Below, piece by piece: positions 47,633-57,237 of a stretch of 64,000 nucleotides of DNA. The DNA comes from Planctomycetota bacterium (GTDB lineage: Bacteria; Planctomycetota; PLA2; JAEUHO01): assembly GCA_965222115.1 (NCBI GenBank), contig CBDCTJ010000007.1, positions 832,001 to 896,000 on the forward strand. The letters are read 5' to 3'. The position numbers and the translations under genes were made by a program. Below the pieces are notes generated by a model. The model did no database searches. It worked only from the letters and a program-made list of their open reading frames with translations, and was not told where the DNA came from. The first letter of the stretch is position 1. Every line of letters begins with the position of its first letter.

Positions 47633-48492
47633 GTTCAGTGAAACATGTGGTGGTGATCGGTGCGGGCACAATGGGGGCGGGCGTGGCGCACGTGTCGGCC
47701 GGTGCGGGCTACGAAACCGTGCTCTACGACATCGACGAGGCCGTTGCTGCTAAAGGTTTGGCGCGCGTGCAGAAGAATCTGGAAAAAGGAATCGCGCGCG
47801 GCAAGGTCACCGAAGATCAGCGTGATGCCACGTTGGCAAAGCTCTCAACGGCGTCGGGCGAGCTTGGCGCTGTTGTCGGCAACACCGACTTGGTGATTGA
47901 AGCGGTGCCCGAAAACTTGGACCTCAAGTGTTCCATCTTTCGGGCGTTGGGCGCATCCACACCCGCACACGCGATTCTGGCCACCAACACGTCTTCGTTG
48001 CCGGTCGCAGAGATTGCTAAGGCCAGCGGACGTGCGGGTCATGTCGTGGGCATGCACTTCTTCAACCCGGTGCACCTCATGAAGCTGCTCGAACTCGTCA
48101 AGACCGACATGTCGTCGCCCGAGGTCGTCAAAACGAGTACCGCTGTCGGCGAAGCCATGGGCAAAACTGTCGTCGTCGTCAACGACTCACCAGGCTTTGC
48201 TACGAGTCGCTTGGGCCTTGTGCTGGGCTTGGAAGCCATTCGCATGGTGGAAGAAGGCGTTGCGTCTGCCAAAGACATCGACACGGCCCTCGAACTCGGT
48301 TACCGCCATCCCATGGGCCCTTTAAAGTTGACCGATCTTGTAGGCTTGGATGTGCGCCTCGGTATCGCCAAGCATCTCGCCAAGGTCCTCGACGACCGTC
48401 GCTTCGATCCGCCTAAGTTGCTGCAAGACATGGTGGATGCGGGGCACCTCGGTAAGAAGTCGGGCAAGGGATTTTATGAGTGGGAGTCGTAG
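47629..48492 (+). CDS. 3-hydroxyacyl(butyryl)-CoA dehydrogenase
   Basis: GAGTMG, EAVPE, TNTSSL, GMHFFNP, PMGPL, GKKSGKGFY. Confidence 0.95.
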   Translation: MSSVKHVVVIGAGTMGAGVAHVSAGAGYETVLYDIDEAVAAKGLARVQKNLEKGIARGKVTEDQRDATLAKLSTASGELGAVVGNTDLVIEAVPENLDLKCSIFRALGASTPAHAILATNTSSLPVAEIAKASGRAGHVVGMHFFNPVHLMKLLELVKTDMSSPEVVKTSTAVGEAMGKTVVVVNDSPGFATSRLGLVLGLEAIRMVEEGVASAKDIDTALELGYRHPMGPLKLTDLVGLDVRLGIAKHLAKVLDDRRFDPPKLLQDMVDAGHLGKKSGKGFYEWES

Positions 48493-48604
48493 GGGGAACA
48501 AGCGCCGTTGACTGAGGCGCAAGCGTTGGGGAGGGCTGTTACGGACCGTTGGTACCTCTGGAAGCGGTGCGTTGTAGAAGAGGCTCACACGAAGAGCACG
48601 AAGA

Positions 48605-50623
48605 GTGCGACAGGCCAAGCCTGGACAAGGAGGAACTCATGACGTGACGAAACCTTGTGATGGAGCCCAACGGGTAACCAATCCCGTCCGGCCAAGCTGA
48701 CCGAGCAGCCGGAAGCAAACCTAGCGCGCTCTGTGGGTAACTGCGGGGTGTGAAGCACTAGGCAAGCGTGTGTGCGGGCTGTGTGATTGAGCCTCGAAAT
48801 TCTTATGACTGCGGTGGCCGACGATGTTCTTTGATCGGAAGGCACCATCGGAGACGAGCGTGTAGGTCTGCTCCCTCCGGCCCGCCGGGGTCTATGAGCA
48901 GGGCACGTACACAAAGGGGCTTCCCCAGGAACCTGTGAGATCCCATGCTGTCCTTCGAGAACTCGGCGCGGAAGGGCCGTAGACACTTCCAGCAATACGC
49001 AGCACGAGGCACACGCTTGTGTTGGGTGCGAAACAAGCGTGTGAAACGAAGGTACGGCGTCGCGAAGTCACCCGAGCGGCGCTGGACGCAGGTGGGAAGT
49101 CGGAGCGCTCCGTAGTACCGATGAACGGGGGGAACCTTTCACCAAGGGACCCTCGGGAGGGATGGGAGCGCCGCTATGTGTACTCCGTAGGAGGGAACCA
49201 TGACAGAGATCCCAAGCTTTGATCCCGTGTTACCGAAACTCCGACGGATCGCAATGCTTGCGAAGCAATCCCCGGAGATGGCGTTCACGTCGTTGAACTC
49301 CGCTCTGGACATGACGTTACTGCGTGAAGCGCATCGGCGAACGCGCAAAGGAGGCGCAACGGGCATAGATCGCCAGACGGCGCAGGATTACGCGAAGGAC
49401 CTGGAGAGCAATCTCCAGAGCCTGCTAAACCGTGCCAAGTCCGGCGACCGTTACCGCGCACCTCCTGTGCGACGTGTGCATATTCCCAAGGACAAGCCCG
49501 GGGAGACTCGGCCCCTGGGGATACCGACGTTTGAGGACAAGATCCTCCAACGCGCGGTGGCCATGATTCTGGAATCCATCTACGAACAGGACTTTGACTC
49601 CTGCTCGTACGGTTTCCGGCCTGGCCGCTCGGCACACGATCTGTTGGCTGCACTTCGTAACTCGATGATGAACATGAACGGCGGGTGGGTGCTTGAAGCC
49701 GATATCCGCAAGTTCTTCGACAGCGTCGATCACGCGCAGCTAATGGACGTGCTTCGCAAGCGGGTGCGAGATGGTGTGATTTTGCGATTGATTGGCAAGT
49801 GGCTAAATGCAGGTGTCATGGAGGATGGCCGCGTGAGCTATCCCAAAGGAACTGGTACGCCGCAAGGCGGAGTGATCTCCCCCGTGTTGGCCAACATCTT
49901 CCTCCATGAAGTGTTGGACACCTGGTGGAAAGAAGATGTCGCCCCTCGCATGAAGGGGGAGGCGCATCTCTTTCGTTACGCAGATGACTTCGTGATTGTA
50001 TTCGCTCGTGAAGCGGATGCACGGCGTGTGATGGACGTCGTTCCAAAGCGCTTCGACAAGTACGGCCTTGCCATCCACCCAGATAAGACTCGCTTGGTGC
50101 GATTCAAACGCCCGCGGCACTACGACTCCGATCATGATTCGGAAACGTTCGACCTGTTGGGCTTTACGCATCTATGGAGTCGATCCCGTAAGGGATACTG
50201 GGTGATTCGGCAGTTGACCGCACGAAGTCGGTATCGCCGCGGTCTGACGCGGATGTCCAAGTGGCTCCGCTCCGTCCGCCACCAACCTGTGCATTGGCAG
50301 CGTACAAAACTGGCACAAAAACTCCAGGGGCATTACGCCTACTACGGGGTGACTGGCAATACGCGTCGGCTGCACAACTTCCGGCGGGAAGCCATACGGC
50401 TTTGGAGGTACTGGCTGTGCCGCCGCTCTCAGCGCGCCAAGATGCCATGGGATCGTTTCAACCGACTCCTACAGCATCACCCCATTCCACCATCACGTGT
50501 CACGCGCTCGATCTATCGCGCCACCTAATCGGCGACCCACATAGCGAGGAGCCGGATGCGGTAATCCCGCACGTCCGGATCTGTAGGGGGGCTGGGGAGG
50601 GAAACCTCCCCGGCCTACCCGAC
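48605..50623 (+). mobile_element. Group II intron (IIB, bacterial class E-like), full length
   Basis: 5' GTGCG at 48605; EBS1 loop GAT-GT-TCTTTG-ATC at 48823-48836; domain V GAGCCGGATGCG..CGTCCGGATC at 50549-50581; domain VI ending CCCGAC at 50623. Boundaries independently supported by the rejoined repeat. Confidence 0.93.
49200..50528 (+). CDS. ltrA: Group II intron reverse transcriptase/maturase (no endonuclease domain)
   Basis: RPLGIPTFEDK, SYGFRPGRS, ADIRKFFD, GTPQGGVISPVLANIFL, RYADDF, FDLLGF; X domain GHYAYY; 442 aa with no HNH. Confidence 0.97.
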   Translation: MTEIPSFDPVLPKLRRIAMLAKQSPEMAFTSLNSALDMTLLREAHRRTRKGGATGIDRQTAQDYAKDLESNLQSLLNRAKSGDRYRAPPVRRVHIPKDKPGETRPLGIPTFEDKILQRAVAMILESIYEQDFDSCSYGFRPGRSAHDLLAALRNSMMNMNGGWVLEADIRKFFDSVDHAQLMDVLRKRVRDGVILRLIGKWLNAGVMEDGRVSYPKGTGTPQGGVISPVLANIFLHEVLDTWWKEDVAPRMKGEAHLFRYADDFVIVFAREADARRVMDVVPKRFDKYGLAIHPDKTRLVRFKRPRHYDSDHDSETFDLLGFTHLWSRSRKGYWVIRQLTARSRYRRGLTRMSKWLRSVRHQPVHWQRTKLAQKLQGHYAYYGVTGNTRRLHNFRREAIRLWRYWLCRRSQRAKMPWDRFNRLLQHHPIPPSRVTRSIYRAT

Positions 50624-50744
50624 AACGAAGCGCAAGCGTTTACGGACGATGTCTCGGGCCATGGAGGCCATTGGAAGCCGGGCGTTGCACTTGGGGAACT
50701 TCGAAAGTTCGAGGAGTGGAGGAAGCCGATGGGGCTGTAGGTGT

Positions 50745-51209
50745 TTAGCTCGACTCGGGATCCGCGCTCCATGAGGCGTCTGTACCAGGAGAAACTGAAA
50801 AATTGGCGATTCGCTCGCACCCTTCCTTAAAGGACGCCGAGCCGAAGTTTACCAGCAGGCCCACGGGCAACTTCAAGAGTCTCAGGTACGTCAGTACCTG
50901 TTTGGAATGAACTTTGAGAAGTGCCTCACACGACTTGATTTCGACAACGACACATCGTTCTACGAGTAGATCAACTCGTAGGCCTTGGTTGAACGTCATT
51001 CCGTCGTAGGTAAAAGGCGTGCTTACTTGTTCCGCAACCAGGATGCCACGTTTCCTTAGTGAGCCTGCAAGTATCGCCTGGTAAACGGATTCCAGTAGGC
51101 CCGGTCCCAAGTCTCGGTGGATGTGATACGCGCAATCCACCACGTTTGAAATGATCTGCTCCAGCCTAGAACGTGACAGCGGGACAACGCCGACCTCTGA
51201 ATCTGACAT
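50745..51209 (-). CDS. GxxExxY protein (PD-(D/E)XK nuclease fold)
   Basis: LGPGLLESVY, RVDLLVE, VEIKS, QVLTYL, GLLVNFG. Confidence 0.93.
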   Translation of the reverse strand: MSDSEVGVVPLSRSRLEQIISNVVDCAYHIHRDLGPGLLESVYQAILAGSLRKRGILVAEQVSTPFTYDGMTFNQGLRVDLLVERCVVVEIKSCEALLKVHSKQVLTYLRLLKLPVGLLVNFGSASFKEGCERIANFSVSPGTDASWSADPESS

Positions 51210-51358
51210 CCGCACATCCTCCTATTGCATAGGATTCATCCATGATCAGGCGCCGCGTTCGTGAACGCATGCGCTCCGCGTATCTGTGTCCTTTACGTGA
51301 GTGTATTCTTCCATCTCTCCACTGTCAGGTGCGTCCACTGTCCGTAACGGCGCACATC

Positions 51359-51397
51359 AACGCTTGCGCTTCGTTTCTTAGCGCTCTTTGTGTGAGC
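51359..51397 (-). repeat. Right inverted repeat of the GxxExxY cassette
   Basis: Uninterrupted copy of the intron's target sequence, built from 7-8-nt units (CACAAAG, CGCTAAG, AACGAAG). Confidence 0.85.
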
Positions 51398-51477
51398 AAT
51401 TTGAAACCGTCCCGCCTTCGGCGGTCTCCACGGCCCGAAACCGCGTCCTCCATCGCTTGCGCTTCCTGACGCCCTTC

Positions 51478-52899
51478 TTAGTCGGGGACAGGCAACCCAC
51501 TCGGCACACTGTCGGGGATCTTGTCGAGGAGGTTGACCGAGTCTTGATCGGTGAGGCAGTGGAGGAAGGCGACGATCTGATTGACTTCTTCGTCGGTCAA
51601 CGTCACTTGTTCGAGCAGAGGGCTGATGGCGGCGATACGGGCATCGCGTCGTGTGGGATCGGTATCGACTTCGGATTGATACAGCGCGGGAAGCTGTGAC
51701 GCGTCGTAGTTGGTGAGACTCGTGGCGGCGTCAAGGTGATGGCGCACAACCGCTTCAAGCGATGTGTAGGCACCAGCATGAGTCCACGGGCCCGTGAGTG
51801 AAACGTTTCGAAGTGAAGGCGTGCGGAATTTGTATTCGTCGTCAATCAACCCGGTGACGACCGCGAGACCCTTGTCGTCACCGTTCACGTCCTTACCGGG
51901 ACCCAGTTGGGGTGCGGCAATGCCGTGATGTTGGAAGTCACTTAGCATGGGGCCGTTGTGACAGTTGGCACATCGCGCGCTGCCAAAGAACAGGATGGCG
52001 CCGCGCTTGGCGTCATCGCTCATTGCGGTCATGTCGCCCTGAAGGTACCGGTCAAACGGTGTATTGAGCGCGGTGTAAGTACGTGCCTCGTAGGCTGCGA
52101 TGGCCTTGGCCGCATGACCGAAGTTGTAGTCATCGTAGTTTGTGATGGACGGGAACGCCGCGTCGAAGAGATCGCGATAGCCCTGAATGCCGCCCACGGT
52201 GCCATCGTTCGTACCTACCAAACGCTCCATGAGCAGCGACCAAACGCCGAGGTTGTCGGCAGCGTCCGCAATCAAGTTGGATCCGGGGAGCCCACGCATT
52301 TCATCGTGCGACGTTACGGGAAACATGGCTTGTGCTGCCAGCGCCGAGTCGAGCAGCGCGGCAATCTCAGGTGACGGTGGCGTGGCCGTGTTGAGTGCGG
52401 GTTCGGGGGTGGTGAGCTCGCCCGTCACGGGATCACGCGAAACGCGGCTATCCCAGAACATGGTCGTGACTTCGTTCATTTCGGCGTTGAAGACCGCCGG
52501 TGCGTTGCGTGGAATGATGCGGCTCGTGCCTTGTTGGCGCGTGGCGCCCACGCCCGTTCCGCCTTCGCCGAGGGGCAAGGGCAATGCGTCACCGGTGGCG
52601 GCCACCGGATGATGGCAGGTCGCGCATGAAATGTTCTGATTGCCACTGAGTATCTTGTCAAAGAAGAGCGCTTCACCGAGCGCTACTTGTTCATCGGTAT
52701 GACCCTGAAGTGCCGACGGGGACGTAACGCCTGCATCGGCGAGCAACGCCTGCAGTTCGGCGTTCATCTGCTGATTGTTGCTCTCATTCACGCGGATGAT
52801 GTCGTTGGCGCGATGACACCCCGCAAGCGTTACGGCCGTGATCATGGTTGTTAGCAGACCTGCAAGTAGCGGCTGGAACAGTTGGATGCGGTGGTTCAT
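51478..52899 (-). CDS. Di-heme cytochrome c peroxidase/MauG family lipoprotein
   Basis: CATCH and CANCH; RNAP, MFWD, FRTPSLRNV; lipobox LAGC. Confidence 0.92.
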   Translation of the reverse strand: MNHRIQLFQPLLAGLLTTMITAVTLAGCHRANDIIRVNESNNQQMNAELQALLADAGVTSPSALQGHTDEQVALGEALFFDKILSGNQNISCATCHHPVAATGDALPLPLGEGGTGVGATRQQGTSRIIPRNAPAVFNAEMNEVTTMFWDSRVSRDPVTGELTTPEPALNTATPPSPEIAALLDSALAAQAMFPVTSHDEMRGLPGSNLIADAADNLGVWSLLMERLVGTNDGTVGGIQGYRDLFDAAFPSITNYDDYNFGHAAKAIAAYEARTYTALNTPFDRYLQGDMTAMSDDAKRGAILFFGSARCANCHNGPMLSDFQHHGIAAPQLGPGKDVNGDDKGLAVVTGLIDDEYKFRTPSLRNVSLTGPWTHAGAYTSLEAVVRHHLDAATSLTNYDASQLPALYQSEVDTDPTRRDARIAAISPLLEQVTLTDEEVNQIVAFLHCLTDQDSVNLLDKIPDSVPSGLPVPD

Positions 52900-53186
52900 G
52901 TAGATTCTCTCTCGCAGTTGAGTGGCAATCGGCGCGCCTGGCCCCTGCACCTACTTCGCACGAGCAGTCGTTTGGTAACAGCCCATACGCCTTAACTGTC
53001 GGCAGGTTCGAATTCTCGAAAGAGAGTCAAATCTGGCTGAGCGGATGAGGCGGCCCCCTTTAAGACGAATTCGCGACGCTCTCGGTGAAGTCGATGCAAC
53101 TGAGTTGCAGCGATATACAAAAACGACACGGCTGGCCCCTGATCGCCTCGCCCGACCACGCCATTCGCCAGCGGAGACCATGATCC

Positions 53187-55583
53187 ATGTCCGACGCCAC
53201 AAAGCCTCTACCAGCGACCGCACTCCGTTGGCGGTGCGATCCAGCGGACTTCTCATTCACGAGCACAGCGGAACTTGACCCGGGCGAGGGCATCGTGGGT
53301 CAAACGAATGCCGTCGAAGCACTGCGCTTTGGCCTCGAGTTTGACGCACCTGGACAGAACGTTTTTGTTCGCGGGCTCGAGGGCACAGGTCGCTCCACGC
53401 TTGTACAGAAGCTCATGGCCACGTGCAAATCGCGCTGCCTTCCCGCGCCCGATCGCGTGTACGTGTTCAACTTCAAGCGCTCCGATCGTCCCACGCTGCT
53501 AAGTTTTCCGCGCGGGCAAGGTCCAAACTTTCGTCGGCTTGTGGATGGGCTCATCAAGTTCATATCGTCCGAACTGGGTGAAGGCCTCACGGCCGACATG
53601 GTCAAAGCGCGATCCAAAGAAATCGATGCTAAGGCACAGCAAGATGCAAAGGCGTTGACGGAGCCCTTTGAGAAGGAACTTAAGGATGCCGGCTTTGCCC
53701 TCATGACCAGTCAAGCAGGTCCAACGACGCGCCATTTGATTGTTCCCATGCACGAGGGTCAACCCGTGTTGCCGGAACGGATGCAAACGCTCTTGTCCGA
53801 AGGCACGATTACGCAAGACACGGTTGCCGAATGGGGGAAACAGGCCGAGGCGTTTGGCGAGCGCATGGGCGTCGTGTCTGAAAAGCTTCAAGAGATTGGC
53901 ATTGCCCGTATCGAGTCACACCAAAATCTGATTACCGAGGAAGCACGCGCACTCCTGTCCAAGGCGGCGGCAGGCATTCGAAGCGCGTTTCCGGGCACGG
54001 GCGTGCGTAAGTTTCTCGATGCCGTTGTGGACGACGTCATTGAGAAGCGTTTGGGCGCCTTGTCGGAAGGCAAACTGGCCTTTGTCGAGCGCTACCGGGT
54101 CAACGTCATCTTAACGCACGAAAATGACGACGGGTGTCCGGCGATCGTCGAGACGGCGCCGTCCATGCAGGCGTTGCTTGGCACCATCGATCGCCTCGCC
54201 GACGATCCCGAAGATGACGTCTACACGCCGCAGATGATGATTCGTCCCGGGAGCCTGGTGAATGCCGACGGTGGGTATCTTGTCCTCGACGGCAATGATC
54301 TGATTCAAGAACCGGGCGCGTGGAAGTCCTTGGTTCGTACGCTTCGGACCGGTCGTGTTGAACTGGTGCCCATGAGTTTGCCGGTGCCGTGGCGCGGCGC
54401 GGCCCTTAAGCCCGATCCCGTTCCCGTCAACGTCAAAGTGATTCTGATTGGCGACGCGAAGCTCTACTACTTGTTGGACTCCTTGGATCAGGACTTTCCG
54501 GCGCTATTCAAAGTGTTGGTTGACTTCGACTCGGTTATCCCACGGGACCAGAAGAGCATGTCGCACTACGCGACCATTCTGGCTTCCATTGCTCGCGATG
54601 AAAACCGACCGCCGTACACGAGGGAAGCTGTTGCTGCACTCTGTGAACACGGCGCGCGCATTGCGGCGCAGGGCGAGAAGCTCACCGCGCGTTTTGGTCG
54701 CTTGGCCGATCTTGCACGTGAGGCAGCGTTCCTTGCCTCGACCGATAAACACGACGCGGTGTCGGCCGAACACGTACGCAGCGCTGTTCGTCGCACCAAG
54801 CGACGCGCCAATCTGCCGTCGCGCCGATTCCAAGAGATGATTTCGCGAGGTGTGATTCGCATTGCTACAGAGGGAGCCGCTGTAGGCCAAGTCAATGGCC
54901 TCGCCGTGATGCAGGCCGGGCAGTTGACGTATGGGTTTCCAGGTCGCATTACAGCCAGCGTGGGTCCCGGTAGCCGTGGCACGATTAACATCGAACAAGA
55001 AGCTGCGCTATCGGGGCGGATTCACACCAAGGGCTTTCAGATTCTCGGTGGCTTATTGCGTACCTTGCTCCAGACCAACCACCCCATCACGTTTACCGCG
55101 TCGATCGCCTTTGAACAGAGCTACGGCGGTGTCGATGGCGACTCCGCATCGGGCGTGCAGTTCTGTTGTCTTCTGAGCGCGTTGACGGGCATTCCCGCGC
55201 GACAGGACTTGGCCATGACCGGCGCGATCGATCAGGTTGGCAACGTATTGCCCATTGGCGGTGTGAACGAAAAAATTGAGGGCTTTTACGACGCCTGTTC
55301 GTTCGGCGGACTGTCGCGTACCCAAGGTGTGATCATTCCTCGCGCCAACGCGGACGACCTCATGTTGCGAGACGATGTCGTGAAGGCATGTGCTGACGGG
55401 ACATTTGCCGTCTACGCCGTTGCGCGGATTGAAGAGGCATTGAAGATCATGCTCGCTACGTCGCCCGGCACGCGAGATGCCGAAGGTCGCTATCCGGATG
55501 AATCCGTTCTTGGTCGCGCCAACGCGCGCGTGTACGAACTTTGGCGACAGAGCGCGCGACCGGAACCGTACGGTTCCGCATAG
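53187..55583 (+). CDS. Lon-like S16 protease (LonC-type)
   Basis: FEQSYGGVDGDSAS catalytic Ser, PIGGVNEKIEGF Lys; Walker A reads GTGRST. Confidence 0.9.
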   Translation: MSDATKPLPATALRWRCDPADFSFTSTAELDPGEGIVGQTNAVEALRFGLEFDAPGQNVFVRGLEGTGRSTLVQKLMATCKSRCLPAPDRVYVFNFKRSDRPTLLSFPRGQGPNFRRLVDGLIKFISSELGEGLTADMVKARSKEIDAKAQQDAKALTEPFEKELKDAGFALMTSQAGPTTRHLIVPMHEGQPVLPERMQTLLSEGTITQDTVAEWGKQAEAFGERMGVVSEKLQEIGIARIESHQNLITEEARALLSKAAAGIRSAFPGTGVRKFLDAVVDDVIEKRLGALSEGKLAFVERYRVNVILTHENDDGCPAIVETAPSMQALLGTIDRLADDPEDDVYTPQMMIRPGSLVNADGGYLVLDGNDLIQEPGAWKSLVRTLRTGRVELVPMSLPVPWRGAALKPDPVPVNVKVILIGDAKLYYLLDSLDQDFPALFKVLVDFDSVIPRDQKSMSHYATILASIARDENRPPYTREAVAALCEHGARIAAQGEKLTARFGRLADLAREAAFLASTDKHDAVSAEHVRSAVRRTKRRANLPSRRFQEMISRGVIRIATEGAAVGQVNGLAVMQAGQLTYGFPGRITASVGPGSRGTINIEQEAALSGRIHTKGFQILGGLLRTLLQTNHPITFTASIAFEQSYGGVDGDSASGVQFCCLLSALTGIPARQDLAMTGAIDQVGNVLPIGGVNEKIEGFYDACSFGGLSRTQGVIIPRANADDLMLRDDVVKACADGTFAVYAVARIEEALKIMLATSPGTRDAEGRYPDESVLGRANARVYELWRQSARPEPYGSA

Positions 55584-55608
55584 CGGCTTCGAGCAGGCGC
55601 AACGCTTG

Positions 55609-57108
55609 CTACTGTTGCTTTGAAATGCGGTAGATTGCGCCTTGCGTGGCGAGGTAGAGGTCACCCGTCACGGCGTCGTGTTCAATGTCGATTGGAAGAT
55701 CGGAACCCATGATCTCTGCGAACACACTTTCACGATCGACATTGACCAGGGCGGGTGAGCCTTGACTGGCTGACGTTTCGAAACGAATAATGGTGCTGTC
55801 GTCGTACGCCGTCATGAAGATGTCGTCGGCATAGTCCGCGCCCCACACGTTGCCGGTGTGCCAGATCAAGCCCGTTGGCACCGTTACGTCGGGCGTGGTC
55901 CACATCGCAAAGCCCGCTATGCTGCCAGGAATCTGATTCGTGGTTCCCCAGCCAAAGTTCTTGCCGGGCGCAAAGTAGCCCAAGATGTCTTCCGACGTGT
56001 AGGGGGCGTTGTCGCCGCCGTTGTCGCCTCCATAGAGTTCGCCCGTCACCGGATGTACGGCGAGGGCAAACGTGTTGCGCAAACCCCGCAACCATTCGGG
56101 ATCCCCGGCGTTGGGATTGCCCGCGGCGGGCACGGCTGGAACCGTCGATACGTCGTAGCGCAGCACCTTGCCGGCCAGCGACGTGCTGCTATCAGCCTGT
56201 GCATCCGTGGGGGACTGCACGTCGCCGATCGAAACAAAGAGCGCGCCCGTCGAGTCAAAGACGATGTCGCCACCGTTGTTCAAGTCGCCAGGCGGCGTAA
56301 TAGGCAGACTGTCGATGACCGTAGTCTCATTGGTGCCTACGTTGTTGGTGTCTGTGAAGCGAATGATCTTCTGGCGATCGGGGAGCGCAGGTGGACCGGC
56401 TTCAGCCGCCACACAGGCCATGGCATAGAGGTACCCGTTGTTCGTAAAGTCGGGATCCAGCGTCAATCCAAGTAAGCCGCGATGCCCACCGGTCACAATC
56501 GGAATGGTCGCGAACGGCGTGGGAAGTAACGTGCCGCCAACGTCGATCACGCGAATTTCGCCTGACGTGAAAATGCTAAAGAAGATGCGCCCATCCGGCG
56601 CCAAGGCAATCTTCACAATACTGCTCTGCCCCGAAATGACTTCCTCGGCGATAAAGCCTGGGAGCAAGGACGCGAACTCAGCGGGAAGCGCAGGGCCCAC
56701 GCCCAGCATTAAATTAAAGTCGGTAGACCCGGCGCCGTTGGTGGCGGTAATGGTGTAGGCCGTAGTCGGCGTTGGGTTCGTGGGGGTGCCCGTAATGACG
56801 CCCGTGAGCGGATCGATCGTAAGCCCGGCCGGCAGAGCGGGTTGCACCGCGTACGTTGGTGTGGACCCCTGCACCGTGGGTGTGTTGGGTGGGATGGCTT
56901 CGCCGACTCGGTAGTATCCCGGCGCATCGCTAAAGACGAGCCCCGATGGCGCGACAACGGTTATGCCGCCACCACCTCCACCGCTCGATCCACAACTGGT
57001 GGCGATGAACATGCTTGAGAGCGCCATGATTGTGATGGCAGCGAGCGTTCGAACGCGGTGATACCGACGTGAGGCTGATGGGGTCAACGTGAGGGGCGAA
57101 TGGTTCAT
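55609..57108 (-). CDS. PQQ-dependent sugar dehydrogenase (Gdh-B/YliI-like) lipoprotein with putative Ig domain
   Basis: GLLGLTLDPDF, LFVSIGD, GLRN, NFGW; lipobox ATSC, poly-Gly, PALPAGL..TGVITGTP. Confidence 0.85.
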   Translation of the reverse strand: MNHSPLTLTPSASRRYHRVRTLAAITIMALSSMFIATSCGSSGGGGGGITVVAPSGLVFSDAPGYYRVGEAIPPNTPTVQGSTPTYAVQPALPAGLTIDPLTGVITGTPTNPTPTTAYTITATNGAGSTDFNLMLGVGPALPAEFASLLPGFIAEEVISGQSSIVKIALAPDGRIFFSIFTSGEIRVIDVGGTLLPTPFATIPIVTGGHRGLLGLTLDPDFTNNGYLYAMACVAAEAGPPALPDRQKIIRFTDTNNVGTNETTVIDSLPITPPGDLNNGGDIVFDSTGALFVSIGDVQSPTDAQADSSTSLAGKVLRYDVSTVPAVPAAGNPNAGDPEWLRGLRNTFALAVHPVTGELYGGDNGGDNAPYTSEDILGYFAPGKNFGWGTTNQIPGSIAGFAMWTTPDVTVPTGLIWHTGNVWGADYADDIFMTAYDDSTIIRFETSASQGSPALVNVDRESVFAEIMGSDLPIDIEHDAVTGDLYLATQGAIYRISKQQ

Positions 57109-57237
57109 GAAACTAGGCCTTCCTGTCGAATACAGATTTTCGCATCGCTGCCGTAGGTGTGATTGTAGACCGGCCCACACGCCTTGCCGTCGCTGATAGC
57201 GCGGGCGCGACGCGAAATCGCCCGCGAGCTTTCTTGG

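Larger units (their letters stand above)
48583..51397. mobile_element. Putative GxxExxY cassette bounded by 39-bp inverted repeats; left repeat split by the group II intron
   Basis: 48583-48604 joined to 50624-50640 gives GCTCACACGAAGAGCACGAAGAAACGAAGCGCAAGCGTT. Reverse complement of 51359-51397 is GCTCACACAAAGAGCGCTAAGAAACGAAGCGCAAGCGTT (36/39). Confidence 0.7.

Noticed and set aside
48726-48732. GCGCTCT as EBS2
   Set aside because: It is complementary to the repeat (AGAGCGC) but lies in the stem capped by the GTAA tetraloop, not in the expected EBS2 position.
48585-49222. Short ORFs in the intron 5' region
   Set aside because: They overlap ribozyme domains I-III and have no protein motifs.
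49200-50528. RT as CRISPR-associated, retron or DGR enzyme
   Set aside because: It sits inside complete group II intron boundaries (GTGCG, domain V, domain VI), has a maturase X domain, and is 8 kb from the array; no TR/VR pair seen.
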